Source: Lama glama (lineage: Eukaryota). Taken from it: a stretch of DNA of 64,000 nt. This document shows positions 38,591-53,298 of the stretch, one piece after another. Under the pieces are notes generated by a model, which was given only the letters and a program-made list of their open reading frames with translations, had not been told where the DNA came from and did not search any database. The stretch is taken from NCBI GenBank assembly GCA_028534125.1, contig CM052816.1, positions 16,370,001 through 16,434,000 of the forward strand. The letters are read 5' to 3'. A program made the translations under genes and the position numbers. Every line of letters begins with the position of its first letter. Within the stretch, counting starts at the first letter, position 1.

Positions 38591-41500
38591 CAAAGCTATA
38601 TACTGGGATGATTAGGAGGAAGTCCTAGATTCAAAGACTCATAGCCTGCTGTTCTGCTAATATTGTCAATGGGAAATGAAAGCCACATATGCTGAATTAG
38701 CCCCTCACCAGATCACAGCTGTTTGGATCTCAACTCAGTGTCGATTCAATATTATGATCTTGCCTTTTTTCAGGGAACTTACAAGGAAAAAAAAATCATG
38801 TGGAATGTATTACTATTTTTATTATCAAAATTGTTGAGGACCCTATGTATTTAATCATTAACTGTCCCTTCTGTAAAAGCCCCACGTAGGGATTTTTTTT
38901 AAACATTTTATTTTTAGGATAGGCATATCTCCCATGATAAAATGGGCATACTTCCTCCTTTCTAACAACAATGACTACACAACTGATTGTGTTTCATCCT
39001 TCCCTCCATGCTACCAGGAAGTACAGTGCCACAACCAAACTCAAATATGGCAATAATAGTTCATAATTGTCTGTTATTTCTCTCCTAGGTCCTGATTTTC
39101 TGCGTCTACCTTTTTTTATCTTATATGTTTTTGTTCAAAATAAACCATGCCAAACCTAATTTTAGGAAGAGGCAAGATATAAATACATCTAATAACAGTA
39201 TTAGAAATCGTGAATTTACTAAAACATCAAACTATTTCAAACAGCTTGTCTATTTGATATTTTAAAAAAAGGCTTTCATGTGTAGTTTACCACTCAGGTG
39301 ATACTGTAATCATTTCCATTTCCATGTTATTATATGGACCACTTAAAAAGTTCCCTATCTCAGTCTAACCTCCTGAATAGTCTATCAGTAAAGCCAGGAA
39401 GGGTGCATGTCTTAACATTAGTCCCTCAGCTCTTCTGGTGAGGAAACAGGAGGGCCTACACTCTTCTGAAGCAGGGCCAGAGCTGGGCAGAGTGCTTCCT
39501 TAATCATTCCTACCAATGTTCCAAAAGAAAAGAATCTCAATGCTCCTTGAGAACAAAATTCACCCATCACCTTCACTTGACCATACCAAAATCTGACTAG
39601 GTGGTTAAGTTCAGCCAAAAAAGCTTATTTCGGGTCAAGGTGTTAAAACAGTACATGCAAGACATTTTCTTCTTGCACAGGCCCACACATCTGAACTTAA
39701 AGACCCTTGAAAATGTGAGAAAAACCAAGCTCAATATGCTAAGGAAATCCTTCTGGAATCCAAGGTCAGCACTCGCCCTCAAGAACACCTGCCTGCTTTA
39801 GTGCAAACATCCTACAAGTCCTGGAAAATTGAAGCTTCATTTAATTTGCCATTTGCAAGAATTTCAGCTTACAGTATTTTACAGAGGCAATGAGAAAATA
39901 CCCAAGATGTTACAGGTAGATCGTATAAGGTCAATGTTTAATTCAAATGCTCCTTACAGAGGCTTCTTCAAGGCCACTTTACTGCATATTATCAGCACAT
40001 CACAGAATAAAAGTTATAATGCAGATCATTCAATTTGCAGTTAAAATATATATTTCAATCCAATAAAGCCGTACTCTATGAAGTCCTGGATAATGGGAAA
40101 TGCTTGGGGGGGGGGCCAAGTAATGATAATCCAGTTCAAAATCATACCAGTTACATTTACTTTTTGGTTCTTAATTCACAAGGCAATGAACAAAATACTA
40201 TCTTACTGTAGCAAGTTCATTATAATAAAAGGCCCATTTCAATACACTGGGGCTGAGCAGAAAGGGGTACTAAATGATACATAGTCTTTATAGGCAAGAT
40301 TTTGTGAAATGTGTTTTTCCTATTTCATTCTCAATTCGTGAAATTGAAAAAAGACCCAGAAGAGAGCAAAATTAGAAAGGGAAAACGGATTGTGCTTTAG
40401 CTATTAAGCTGCTCACAGCAAAGGAGGTAGGCAAATAATGAAGCAATTAAAGGACACATGGGTGTTGCATTACTGACAAAAAGGTTAATATTTCTGACAG
40501 AAAATAAATTTTTTCACCTCAATACACTAAAATGAAGAGCAACATAAAGAAATCATTAACTTGATATGGGCGAGTCAAGTATAAAAGGTGTTACCGTTAC
40601 CATGAGGCACAGCCATGCCCTTTCGTACACAGGTGACAGAAAAGCCCTCACTGCTAGTTCCAGAAGAAAATGAAGAGAAGTGACACCCAGATTACTAATC
40701 CTGACCCTCAACTAATGTTCCCTACTCAGTGGCCTACTCACTACCTCTATATACCCTTCACATGAAAAATGGGGATTCAAGACCACGTGGGGAGGTAATG
40801 GACCCCACTGACAACAACAGTCAGAGGCAGTCAGAGGTCCCAGCCAGACCCTGAGAAATTAAGAGCAGCCTCACAGCAAACACTCTTGTTATTTGCTTTC
40901 CCAAGTAAAATCACAGTCATTTAATAAGGATCCAATAGGCAGCAGGCACCACATAGCCTTCCAAACACTGCATCCACACAGAGGGAACAAAGAAATTCAC
41001 TTCTGCTCATAAAACCTGAAGAGTCAGTAGGTGGTTTTTATTCTTGAAACTAATCTTGTACTTCCATAATGTGGTATACAGAGAAGGCACCATAAAAGGT
41101 TTCCATTTCTAAGTGGATGTTATCCTTAATACTATTCAGAAACTAGAAATACACTTACCCCAAATTAAATGAACTTTTTATACTACTTTTTTTTTGGCTT
41201 GGGCATGGGGTGGGGGAGCAAGAAAAAAATTAAGAGATTCATAGCTAGGTGAACAGCTAACTATATACAAAGCTCTGTGCCATCAAGAGAATGAATTCTT
41301 GTGGCAAGCTGAAAGGTTCTACCCTATGCTTTGTCTTAGACAATATTTTTTAAACATCAGATTGGATAAAAGGAGAAGAGATAATGCTTATCTTTTTTTT
41401 TTTTAAAGAAAGAAATGACATTAAGTTTGGAAGGGTCTGTCAATAAGAGCAATGCCAGCAACAGCCCTGACAAGGACAGAACACTAGACTGAATCTAGGA

Positions 41501-41821
41501 AGTTTATACTAGGTAAATGTCAAAACCACAGAGAGAGCCAAACAACCAATTGCACACACACAGACCAGAATGAAGTAGATGGGACTGAGCAGCAGCACCT
41601 CTGGAGGCAAAACCCTGGGTCTGGCTGACTATGAGCACAGTGGGAAGGACACGGTGAAGTCACTGCCCAAAAGGATAAAGCCAACAGAAGCCTTGGTAGC
41701 TCCATCTGAATCCACCTGCCCCTGAAGCAGGAGTTCAATAAAGGCTGCCACTTGAGTGGTGAGCACTCAGAGAAGAGGGAGACCGAAGAGAGCCTCTCAA
41801 ATACCTGAGGAAATCATCTAG

Positions 41822-42075
41822 ACCACTGCTGTCCAACAGAAATACAATGTGAGTCGTGTAAGAATTTTTAAACTTCTCAGTAGTCACATCAAGAGGTGAA
41901 ATTAGAAAAAATATTTAATCTCAAGATAATACATTTCAACATGTAATCAATAAAAAAGTTAATGAAATATTTCACAATCTTTTTCTATACCACACCTTTG
42001 AAATCAAATCAGGGATGTATTCTGCACTTACAGCTCCTCTCAATTCACTCGTGTGTAGAAGTAAAAAGATGGACA
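41822..42075. mobile_element. hAT-Charlie MITE (MER3/MER33-like)
   Basis: ctgctgtccaacagaaatacaatgtgag...tagtcacat...cacttacagc...ctcaattc...tggacag terminal motifs. Confidence 0.6.
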
Positions 42076-42546
42076 GGTGCAGTTCTGGAGAAGGAGACTG
42101 TGGCTCCCCATTCCTAACAACCAGAGAATCCCCCCAGTGGAATGTGCTGCCTCTGGAAGAAGGGACTTTCCTACTACAGAAGGAGTCCAAGAAAGGCTAA
42201 CTGTCAATACATGGATATTAAACAGGTTATTTACATACCATAGGGAGAATCAATGAATTCTATAAGAATCACTCACTACAAAGAGAAGGACCCAAGTGCC
42301 TGGAGAGAACAGAAAACCTGTCTCCTGAGGGGCGAACCTCCAGGTAAAGGTAAAACTCAAATAATGCAGGGAGCACCAGATAAGACAACTGGTAAATCAC
42401 TGGATAAATGGCTACAAACAGGACCTAGATAAAGCTGTAGGAAACAAACCTGCCCTGTCTAACTAACCTCTTGTATGTGGTGTTTATGGCTAGGTAGCAA
42501 ACTAGCTGAAAACCATGCATTCCACATACCTTCAAGATGGGGAGAT

Positions 42547-43235
42547 GCTGAATAATAAAGAATATCTGGTCTTTGTCCTGGATTCCTGGGAGGGAACTTC
42601 TAAATCCTTGAAAGGTTTCAGTAGTGATAGGAAGGGCTTTCTTATTCATCATTTATGCTAATGAAGTAATTCCTGGTGAGCCCCTATACATGCTAGGTTA
42701 ATGAGATGACTGAGGATGGGCAGGCCACCAGGCCAAACATGTGATTGGAGGAATGGGAGCTTTCAGGAAAGCCCAAGGTCTGGGGAAGAAAGATTCTATC
42801 AATCATACCTACATAATGAAATCTCAATAAAAACTCTGGACACTGAAACTCAGTCTAGCTTCTGACTGAACCACCAACGTGCCAGGAGGGTGATGTGCCT
42901 TGATTCCATGGAGAGAGGGCAGGACACTCTGTCTCTGAGACCTTCCCACACTTCACCATATGTGTCTCTTAATTTGGCTAGTCCTGATTTGTATCCTTTA
43001 CGATAAAATGCAATCATAAGTATAGTACTCTCCTGAGTTCTATGAGTTGTTCTATCAAATTACTAAACATGAAGTGAGCCATGGGAACCCTCCAAATTTG
43101 GAGTCAGCTGGTCAGAAGTGCAAGTGGACTGGGGACCCTCTAACTTACAGCTGGCATCTACACTGAGGGCATCATGTCCTTTACCTGTGGGGTCTGTGCT
43201 AATTGCAGGTGGTTAGTGGCAGAAATGTATTGTAG
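42547..43235 (+). mobile_element. Solo LTR, MER21-like
   Basis: tggtctttgtcctggattcctgg...ctcaataaaaactctggacact...catgggaaccctccaaatttggagtcagctggtcagaagt. Confidence 0.72.
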
Positions 43236-44019
43236 TATTTTAGGAAGACAAACATATCTGGCAGAATTCTCAGTGGCTGAAGAATCTGAGACCTTCCTTT
43301 CTGCCAGAGGCCTATTACCACCAGCCCTTCTCAACTTTCACACAACACACTTCCTTCCTCTAAAGCTCCAGGAAAATTGGCAAATGGCCCCTGAAACAAA
43401 AGTTGGCCTGTAGACATTTACTCTGCTTAAGAGGGGGAACTAATGAAAAGAAAGCAAGAAGTCAAGAGACTAACAAAACGATTACAAGTCTTTTACCTTT
43501 GCTTAAAACAACTCTCACTCATTCAGTGTTTTATTGTAATACAAAAGTACTAGTGTGGGGAGAAGCCTTGTCATTGAAGAATAAAGTTCTGCCTCAAATT
43601 AGGAATTTCAGGCTTCTACAACACTTTAAATTTCCTTTTCATGCACAGAGGCAATTACATATCCTAGTATCTCTATTACCATAAATGTAATTTAACTGTG
43701 TGCAGGATGGTACTACAAAGCCTTTGGTTATGGCTCAAGCAATGAAAAGTCCTGTGTCATTTAATATGTACATATTATGTGTGGAGGATGATAGGGGTGG
43801 AGGGCATAGAAAGGGGAGAGAGGTGAGAAAGGAGTCAGAACTGAGTTGCCACAAGGAAACTCTGAACTCTAAGGGGCCCTTGGTTAGTTCAGAATGAAAT
43901 AAAAAGTATAAGCACGGACAAAGTTCCTGGAGCAAGGTCTCCAAAGCCATCAGGTCCACTGAGTGCTTCTCATTGGGCATAAGGCTTCCACTATGCCAGT
44001 AAGCTTGAGCTGCACAGCC

Positions 44020-44135
44020 CTCGTGGAAGGGATACACGTTACTTAACCTTTCTAAGCCTCAGTCTCCTTACCTGAGAAATGTTGTGGAAAGTACACTGTA
44101 TCTGCATATACGTGGTACACAGTAGGGGCTCAGCC
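44020..44135 (+). mobile_element. MIR fragment
   Basis: ttacttaacctttctaagcctcagtctccttacctgagaaatg...tggtacacagtagg. Confidence 0.6.
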
Positions 44136-45049
44136 AGTGTCAGTTATGTTGGACAGAGAGGCTGAAGACTGCACAGCAGGTCCTTATAAAGGGCCCTCTA
44201 GCTGCAGTACAGACAAGGGCTGCCCTGTGAGGTTTAGCCTGCCATGTCCTTTCAGACAGCCCTACCCATGACATTACTGCTACCTGTTACCCAAGGGAGT
44301 GTCTGTGCTTCCTGCCTCACAGGCACACTTTCTAATATGTAGTCTACTTACAAGAGGCTGGCTTCCTAAAGACAGTCTTGTACATTATACCTCATGAAGT
44401 CATGTGACTTTTGTGAACAAAGTTATACTGAATGGAGACACAAAATGAAACTCTTCTGATTTTAATTCCAAATGGCAGAATCATTACCTCGAATAGCAGA
44501 CTGACCCAAGTATTTTGTACATTATTAATTCAGGTCAAAGTAACGCTTAATGTTCAAAGAAAACTACATGTAAAACTAGTAATACATGTGATTACTAATG
44601 TTTTCCTAGAATAGTTTTATGGTACTAACCTGGCCTAATGTCACTATAAATCCAATGAACAAGACACACATTTTACATAAAAGGCTCATTTTCTGTTCAT
44701 ATATAATAACCAACAATAGTCTACAGAATATCTTTTCCAAATATTAGGTGTTTTACATTAAGGTTTAAAAAAATCAAATAACTTGCATATATGCTTACCA
44801 AGTATCAAATTTTTAAAATAAAGTAATAATGAATACATTAAACAATAACATGATTTCAGTAGTCAGAAAGTAAGAGCAAGCCTAACTCACTTGGAAATTA
44901 AATAGCAATTCACTCTTTCTTCCTGTTACCTAATAAACCAACTACTAACATACACATTTCTACTGTTCAAACATATCTAATTAGCAACGTGTTAGGGCTC
45001 AGTTTCTTCAATTTTAAAACAAGATGACTGGGCTGAGTCTGTGTCTAAG

Positions 45050-45220
45050 GCAAAGAGTTGAGCACTTGACACACATCATCTCTTTTAGACCTCAAAATAA
45101 TCCCTAGATAGTCATCATTATTATCCTTTTACAGATTAAAAAATGAGAATTCAGAGGGGTTCAGTAATTTACCAGGATGCAGGCAGTATGACTCCTGAGC
45201 TCCAACTTCTAGCCATTACT
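45050..45220 (-). mobile_element. MIR fragment
   Basis: attattatccttttacagatt...cagaggggttcagtaattt. Confidence 0.5.
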
Positions 45221-45518
45221 TTCTATAGGGTCTTCTAAACGTAAGCATGTCATGATCTATCTTTATCTGCATTTACATTAAGTAGAGATATTAAGTTTCC
45301 AGGATAAGGACTATCTATATTTAACCATGTGCATAATTAATGTAAACTGACTGTCACCGTAGTTTTGGATAGATATTAAGTAATAATGAAAGACTTTTGC
45401 CTTATACTTACTGTATGTTACATGAACCCCACACTTTTCAGCTGATTAAATAATATGATTAAAAATCACCACACTCCGCCAAGTTACCCATAGTTAATAA
45501 AACTACTAATACACTTAC

Positions 45519-45671
45519 CTCAATCAATTTGTTGGCATGTTCACGGAAGACCTGGGCATACTCTTTAACTTCTTTCTCATTTCCATTCTTTGCAGCTTCA
45601 ATCAATACTAAAAGTGGAACGTTGGTTTCCAGAAATGAATCTGAAACATGGTCCATGACAGCTTTGCGAAG
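45519..45671 (-). CDS. CTNNA1: CTNNA1 exon 9 (153 nt): LRKAVMDHVSDSFLETNVPLLVLIEAAKNGNEKEVKEYAQVFREHANKLIE
   Basis: Overlaps ORF 45459..45656; TAG acceptor, GTAAGT donor. Confidence 0.97.
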
Positions 45672-46871
45672 CTAATAATTAAATTGTAAAAATTTGATTT
45701 TATTTCTACCAAGAAGCTAGATTGCTTTTTTCTCGTCTACTTTTAAATCTAATAAAAGCTCATGACAGTATGGCTGCACTTATATGAGGACCCTTGTGTA
45801 AGCCATGCAGTTATATAACCTGCAACACAAGAAACACGATTGTAGAGATAATAGCTTATACTACAGTTACAGCATTTCAGCAACAGAATCTCAGTCTTCA
45901 AAACAAAATCCTTTTTTCTTAGGAATTACAAAACTAAAGCTTGTATCTGAAAGGAATAATACCAAACTGAACAGAAAACAGCTCTGGGTTGAACTGGCAC
46001 ATAGCCTTGGTATTAATATATATAATTAGCCTAATTGGCTAAATAAAAATGAGAAAGGAAGAAAAAAGCACTTTCTGGTTCATCTGAACAGGGTTAGCAC
46101 ATTATGAAGCTTAAACTACAAGGTTATCTTTATAACCATTTCTGATACCACTTTACCAAAAGGAAAATGAATAGATACATTCCATCTTTAATTTTGCTTT
46201 ATGTCAGACATGAACAATAAGATGTTTCTCCACTAAGACTGGAAATTGTCTGCATGGTTATTAAATTTCTTTTTAAGTCTTAATGAATTGTTTCACAAGT
46301 TCAACCCTACCTTTTTTTAAAGGCTAAAACTCAATTTGATTCCAAAATTTTAATGGGATTATTTACCATAAAATGAAGAAACAGACCCTCTGTATTTACT
46401 AACTGGGCAATCTGAGCCCCCCAGATACCTCTATACCCACCATATTTGTACTGGACACACACTTCCACCAAGGATCAAAGGGAATTGTGAGTGCGTGAAC
46501 AGAATGTGCTAAGTCAAAATAGGAACTGCGACTTCTGCCTCTGTGTCTAAGTTAACATCACAAGATCCTGCAGGGTACTTTCACAGGTCCCCAAGTCATT
46601 TTAAATTGATTTTCTTACCTGAACATCCTTTTCACACTAGAGCTAATTTATTCAGTCCATTCCAGTGGGACTATATTATTCCAGGTCCCCAAGAGATTTT
46701 ATTAGCCATTTAGAAGCTTATTAGCAACAAAACGAACAGAGATAGTCAGTTCCCTGTGAAAATTCATTCTTTGCCCCAATAAAGAATATGGGCCTAATAT
46801 TTCTTGGGATTTTAACCGAAACAACAAAATTGAGAATTCAGGAAAGCAACTGGCACTTTCTACCAGCTTAC

Positions 46872-46952
46872 CTGTCTACGCAAGTCCCTGGTCTTCTTGG
46901 TCATTTTATCTATTGCAGAATTGAGTGCATCGCTTCTTTCTTTACGCCCAGC
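46872..46952 (-). CDS. CTNNA1: CTNNA1 exon 8 (81 nt): AGRKERSDALNSAIDKMTKKTRDLRRQ
   Basis: Hand translation of the minus strand; acceptor CAG at 46955-46953, donor GTAAGC starting at 46871. Not in the ORF track. Confidence 0.96.
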
Positions 46953-49900
46953 CTGGGAAACAAGGAAAGAGATGTACATTTTAGTAACTTACAAGGAAAT
47001 CTAATGATAATCAATAGCTATATTCAAATCAACATTGAGAAATCCATTTTTTTAGAATAAAGTTGGGAAATGCCTGGGGAAGGGGGAGCACCTTGTGGCT
47101 TTGTTCATAAAAATCTAATCTTACAACTCTTAGGCTCTATATTATCTTAGAATAGAAAGTAAGAGTTTTGCCAAAATAAGAGAAACCAAGCGACAAGACT
47201 TTTGCTTAAAGTTCTACTTGAAAAATTAAACCTGTATTTTAATTCAATGTTCAGCATACAACAATTTCATTAGTGAACCAGCTCTCCTTGAACTGCAAGC
47301 AAGAACAGGTTACACCTGATTTTGATGAACTCTGAGATATGAAGAATGCCAAAATGTGAAAGATGGCACTTGGCACTAAAACAATGTGGAAAAACAGGTT
47401 TTAAAACTAAGATGTACCTTGATGGATCAGAGTCAGTAATGTATATTGTACAGCTCAAATAAGAATGCTTCTTTGTAAGATTACTTCAGCTGTATTCTTA
47501 AAAGTCTAGGCTAAGCTTAATGCAATTGTATTACACAGAAAAGTACATAGCCACTTGAAGAGAAGTATGTAAATCAACATTTCTTCAGATGTTAGGGTAT
47601 TGACTGGACTTTTACCCTGGGGAAGAGTCTAAGCAGAATCAAAATAGATGGTAGTTGAAAGAAAAGGGACAAAGGTAGTTATCCCAGGTAGAGCTAGCTA
47701 CACGTGCTTAGAAATACCTACTAAGATATTAGCTAGGATAAACTATGAAGTATATTAAAAGTTTTTCCTTAAAAAATGCCCAGTCAACAAATATGGCTCT
47801 TTCTGTAAAACATGTAGTACACAGAAGAAATACAAATGGACAAAGGAATTTAACCCAGTGCTCCTCTAACCCTGGGTGCCCTCAAGACACTCTGGTATGG
47901 ATATGCCTTCAGTACTTAAGTCAGCAAAGCAGGTGAAAAGCCAGGGATGGGGAGATGTGGTTACATGTTTTCTGAGTGCTTTTTAATGTATATTTGTTAC
48001 TCAATTTCTCTCTTATGCCCCATTTGTTAAGTAGGGACAATGACACTTGTTTCTCTGTCCCCATCTCTGGAATGTTAGGAGAAAAGAAAGGAATACTGAA
48101 AAATATACGTTATTTAGCAGAGGACAGAAAGGAGACAAGAGAGGATGTAAGGATATTAAGAGACGAAATATAAGTGATAAGCTGATATGGTCACTATCAA
48201 ATCTGGTTAGGGTCATATCCCTTACCTTTCCCACCAACAGTTCTGTAACATTAGTGGGTACAAGAAAAAAAAAAAAGAGTCTCAACAAAAACCGATCAGG
48301 TATAAGAACTTCTATCTATCGGAGTAAACTGTGATTTATTCATGGACATCACTCAGAAAAGAACTTGACAAGTATAATTGGTTACTGACAATCTCAAAGA
48401 TCAAAATACCAGAATCTAATGTAAAGGTGGCCAAAATTGAATAATTAAAAAAAAATCTAACTGACCTCATAAGTAATCCTTAGAACAAGATAGTCTTGGC
48501 ACATTCCGTGACATCCAAGCACTCACCCCTAAGTAAACCCAGTAAAACTTACTATTTCTAGCCACGTTTTGGGGGGTATTTTTAAGAGATCATTTATTCC
48601 AGAAAATATCTGTTATCTGAAACCCAAAAAGTTGGGCTAAATGACCTCATGAGGACCTAATCCCCTACAACCCTCAAATGCCCAGAAATGTCCTCAATTT
48701 GGGTAGGAGGATTTAATTAGAAAGTTATATAAAAGCAAATCCTTTACTTGACTTTTGAGGGACTTACATTCACACGGCAAAATTCACTTTAAGATGCAAC
48801 ACACAACATGAATCTGTTAATTCTTTGTGAAACTACCCTAAAAATCAATTTATCTTTCGTGTTACTTTAGGAAATAGAGGCTTATGCCTCATTAATCAGG
48901 AGGGGGTAGTTTAGAAGCAGTTATTTACTAAAGCTTTTAGGTTATACTAGACAGACCACCTTTTAAATCAAAGCATCCCTTAAAAAAAAAACAGTCCAAA
49001 TAGCAAGTTAATGGTTCCAATCATTTAAAATATAACAGGGATGAGCACACACACATACACACACACACACAAACTTAGAAATAAGCTTGATGAAAGGAGA
49101 AAGCTTACTGATCTGTAAAACAAGCCCTTCTCTTTGAAATTAAACCTGTCATGATTTTTTACTTCTAGTTTTAGCTAGGCCAAAGTAAAGTTGCTCAATG
49201 AATCTTTAAAATAAGTGACTCTTGCCTCCCACCTAATTAGACTCTACTCACCACTAACCAGAGAGACCACCTAGGCTCACTCAATTTTGACATGTATGTC
49301 CCTGCTAAGCAGTGATAAAGAGCTTTCTAAGAAAGAGATAAGGCAAGTTCGGGGTTTCAACATAAAGCTTCTCCTCAGTAAGTAAGTATCAGCTGAGCTG
49401 AGGAGAGGCGAAGGTTATTAGCCGGGACTGCCTCCAAGCAACACAGTTCTGGCTGAGACCATGAAAGGGCTTTCAAAACCCATCTTTAAGAGAAGTGTGA
49501 AGAAGCCATTCCACACTCCTGTGTGGACGAACTTCCAGTTATTTAAACATACTCTTTAGTGAGCTTCTACTCTGCATCCATTGGAGTAGGCAGGCGTAGC
49601 CATAATCCTTCTCTCAGAGGGTTTCTAACCTGAGATAAATTAATTCAAAGCAATACCAAATTCAGTAAGACCCTATACTGTGCTGGGCCTGATGGGAGTT
49701 CTGAATGACATAATAGAGGGTCAGAGTAGTACGTAAGTTATGTAGGAAATTGTATTTAAGTTTGGCACTGACTTTTTTTTTTTTTTAAGCATTAAGAACT
49801 AGAATTTCCTGGAGGATTTTATCAATTTTGGTGGTGATCTCTGAAAGAAGAAACATTTTCTTTTCTCCTACAACTCCTTCACCAACCCATACCTCTGCCA

Positions 49901-52589
49901 TAATGCTGTGGACAGTGTGTCTCAATGCTGTGGATGGTGCATATGTCCACCAATTCCCTGCCTACATCCTACCACTTCTCCATTCCTTGACTCCATCCAA
50001 CTCTTCCATGTGGGAAGGAATGAAATATGTCCTTGGCACTGCTGGTGGTATCTTAAGGAGCATCTTAGTCCCTAGAAATAATGTGACAAAGGTTCTGAGG
50101 GCCTACAAAAGACTACTCAACCTGAAAGGTAACAGCACAAAATAAGCACAATGCTTCCAGGGAAAAACAGAGTGAAAACTTCCACAGTACTTCCAGGGGA
50201 AAAAAGTGCTCTAATTTGAAGGCTCTACATGATCTCTTCAGGGTTCTGCTGCCAGACGCTTCCTTCTCCTCTAATTCTGCGCACCTGCCCTGCTGGATCC
50301 CAGCCTTTCCCGTTATTTCAATGCCTATGGTGACTCTGCTATCTTCCACACTATGAACCATTCACAAACATTTTAATTCTTCAGACATGACATGCTCTCT
50401 CTCACCTACGTGGAATACTCTCCCTCCTTTCTTCTAACTCCTATCCATCCTTTTAGATGCGTCATCACACTTCCTTGTTGAAGTTTCCTTTGGCCACCCT
50501 CAACCCTAAGTTCCAGTCAGGTGTCCCTCTGGGGTGTCTCCACAGCACCTCGTGCTTCCCCTCACAGCCATTCTCAAATCATACCCTGGGATACCTGCTG
50601 ATATGAACAAATGAGAAACTAGTGACCAGTTAGACATGTTTAAAAATCATAGGACTCAATGTGTCATCTATGTGACATTATCAGTCTCCTGCTTTCTTGA
50701 TATTAGTGAAAATATAGGCTTTTAAAATAACTTCAAATACTGCTTCTGTTTTTACTTTAATCTAAAGGAAGGCTGGATAGAGTAGCAGAGGAGGGTAAAA
50801 TCCGATGGTTCAACCCTGAGACATTTAAGACCTATTTAAAAGAAAACAACAAATTCTGATATATTTCATGGGAAGGTCTAACTCGATACAATGCCTCCAT
50901 CAGCCATCAGAAAATTAAAATAAAAAAACTAAGAATCATGATATTCTACAAGACCCAAGTCAGAATGGGCAACTGAAGCCTCCTTTCCCCAAACACAATG
51001 AAAGAGAGAGAAAAGAACAGAGCAGCATTGTCACTTCCAGGTTCAAAAGGGGAAAATGAGGGTTGTCATCCACAGAATAGAGGCCTTCAGGCAAAGCGGG
51101 GGTAAGGAACTTTAGAATAGACGTGATACCTAAGGTGTTGCTGGAAGGCTTCAGGGAAGAATAGGGTCTCTAACAGTAAAGAGACTCTTTAAGAAAAATG
51201 TTTGAAAACTAAAGGAGACTAGCACCCAGTAAAGAGTCAATTCATGTGTTCCTATGTAGAATTGAAAGTTTTGCTGTGGGTTGGGCAATACATTATCATG
51301 CAATATACATTTAGTGAGTAACATGAGAAACAATTTGACCCTGGTTGTTCTACCTGGTCCACACACAGCTGATGGGCTCTCCATAAGCTGAACATGTGAT
51401 AAGAGTCATTGGGAGCCTCAGGCAAAGACTATGTAGCTTAATAACAGAATATAGTGGTTACATAGACCTGCATTCCCAAATTCCTTTCAAACATACCCTT
51501 AAAGTTGCAAAGACAGAAGTTTCTAGTTTGCCTAATGTTACCTATTTCATCCTAAAAATTAAAAAACTAGGTAGGGAACTCCAGAGTCATATACTATCAC
51601 CCCACTTTCTTTCCCTTTCCCCTAAAAGAGAACGGAAGCTTAGAAATGAGCTTTACTGGTTTGTCTGGGTATTTTCTCAGATGACAACCAGCCTTGCTTA
51701 CTCCTTTCAGATTTTTCTCGGCTCCATGCCGCATTACACCCGAAAATTTGCCCATCAGTTCTAATAAGCTTGGGTATTTTCAACTCTGGCACACATGCCA
51801 GAATACAGCTTTCGATGTTTTTCCAACGGTTAACATTCCACGATGACCTAACTATGCCACATGCAGTTATGTAGCTGCTATAACACAGAACTATTATTAA
51901 GTGAACCGCAATGAATATGTTGTGCCTTTCCACCAAATCCTAGAGGATCAGAATAAGTGTATAAACTGTTCCTTTCTCTTCCTGGGGAAAACAGTAACAA
52001 AATCCATGTTGGAGAAAAGTTAGAGAGCCAATACTAAGAGGGTCCTGGCATAAAGTGAAGCATGTAGCTGAGATGCTTCAATCTCTTTTTGAGACACCAG
52101 GTCTCTTCTTCTTAAAAAAGATAATCATCGATTTGTTAAACAGCAACTGCATAGTAAGTTGAGATGTTCTCAGATGCACAAAGAGGTATATAAAGCAAAT
52201 AGGTATACAAATTAAGTACAGAAAGGTCATAAAATAAGACCTTAATTTTGAAGATACTAATAATCCAGGAAAAGAGAGAAAAGGATTCAACTGGGAAGGT
52301 ATTTCAGAAGGATTTTAAAAGTTCAGTTAACTGATAAAAATCAGGCTAAGATTTATAATAAACCAGGGAATTTCTCTGGTTTCTATGTTGATTAAAAAAA
52401 CAAGAAAACCTTTCTAAAGGTCTTTGATAATCTATTCCCTGCTAAAGATAATGGGAATCCTTGTTTACTGAAGATTCTATAAATCTCATGTTCACCAACT
52501 GGAGCTTCATATTTACCATAATACAGCAAGCGCGTGTCTTTTAATACTAAGAAAGATTCTTATCAGTTCTGCCATTCATTAAAATTAAG

Positions 52590-53150
52590 TATACATAGCA
52601 AAAACCACAAAACTGTCTAAAGACAAATGACTAATGGGAAAAAAATTTGTAAAATATTTGGCAAACAAAATTAATTTCTTTAACAAGCAAAAATGTCTTA
52701 CAAATCTTTATGGAAATGACCAATTTTAGGAGTGGGAAGTGGGAATGAGTGAAATACACAATCTACAGAAAAGAACAAATATAACCATATACCTATATAC
52801 AAAATGATGGCTCACTCTCATAATTAAAGAACAAATCAAAGAGAGCATTTTTCACCTACCAGAGTCACAGATATTTTATAAATTTTGCTAGCTTTCCAAT
52901 ACAGAGGGGGGAGGGAGTGGACACTTACAGACTACTGGAGGAAGCATAAAATGGTTTAAAAGTATTTGGAAGGCAATGAGGCAATGCCTATCCATTTTAA
53001 ATATACATCCCCTATAATCCAGCAATTTGCTGCTAGGAACTTACCTTAAATATAAACTTGCCTAAGGAAGCAAAGATATTAAAAGAACATTAATTTTACA
53101 CTGTCTGCAAAAGCCAAAAGCCTCAAAACAAACTACATGTCCATAAAGCA
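52590..53150 (+). mobile_element. Ancient L1ME-like ORF2 end
   Basis: aaagacaaatgactaatgggaaaaaaatttg...ccctataatccagcaatttgctgctagga. Confidence 0.55.
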
Positions 53151-53250
53151 TAGTATAGCTATACACGCGTAAAGCTATGAAGCCTTAAGATACACACACA
53201 CACACACGTGGGGAAAAACTATGAAGCCATTAAACAGAGAGAGAGACACA

Positions 53251-53252
<2 letters not shown>

Positions 53253-53293
<41 letters not shown>
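53253..53293. repeat. (CA)n microsatellite, about 20 units
   Basis: Seen directly; shorter CA tracts at about 53192-53207 and 49047-49071. Confidence 0.95.

Positions 53294-53298
<5 letters not shown>

Larger units (their letters stand above)
2827..46952 (-). other. CTNNA1: CTNNA1 (catenin alpha-1) gene, 3' portion (exons 8-18 by human numbering); the 5' exons lie beyond the right edge
   Basis: Eleven exons of 81, 153, 93, 157, 201, 152, 111, 182, 106, 135 and 288 coding nt join in frame and translate to the alpha-E-catenin C-terminal part (AGRKERSDALNSAIDKMTKK...EFKAMDSI*). The left boundary is set at the distal AATAAA. Confidence 0.98.
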
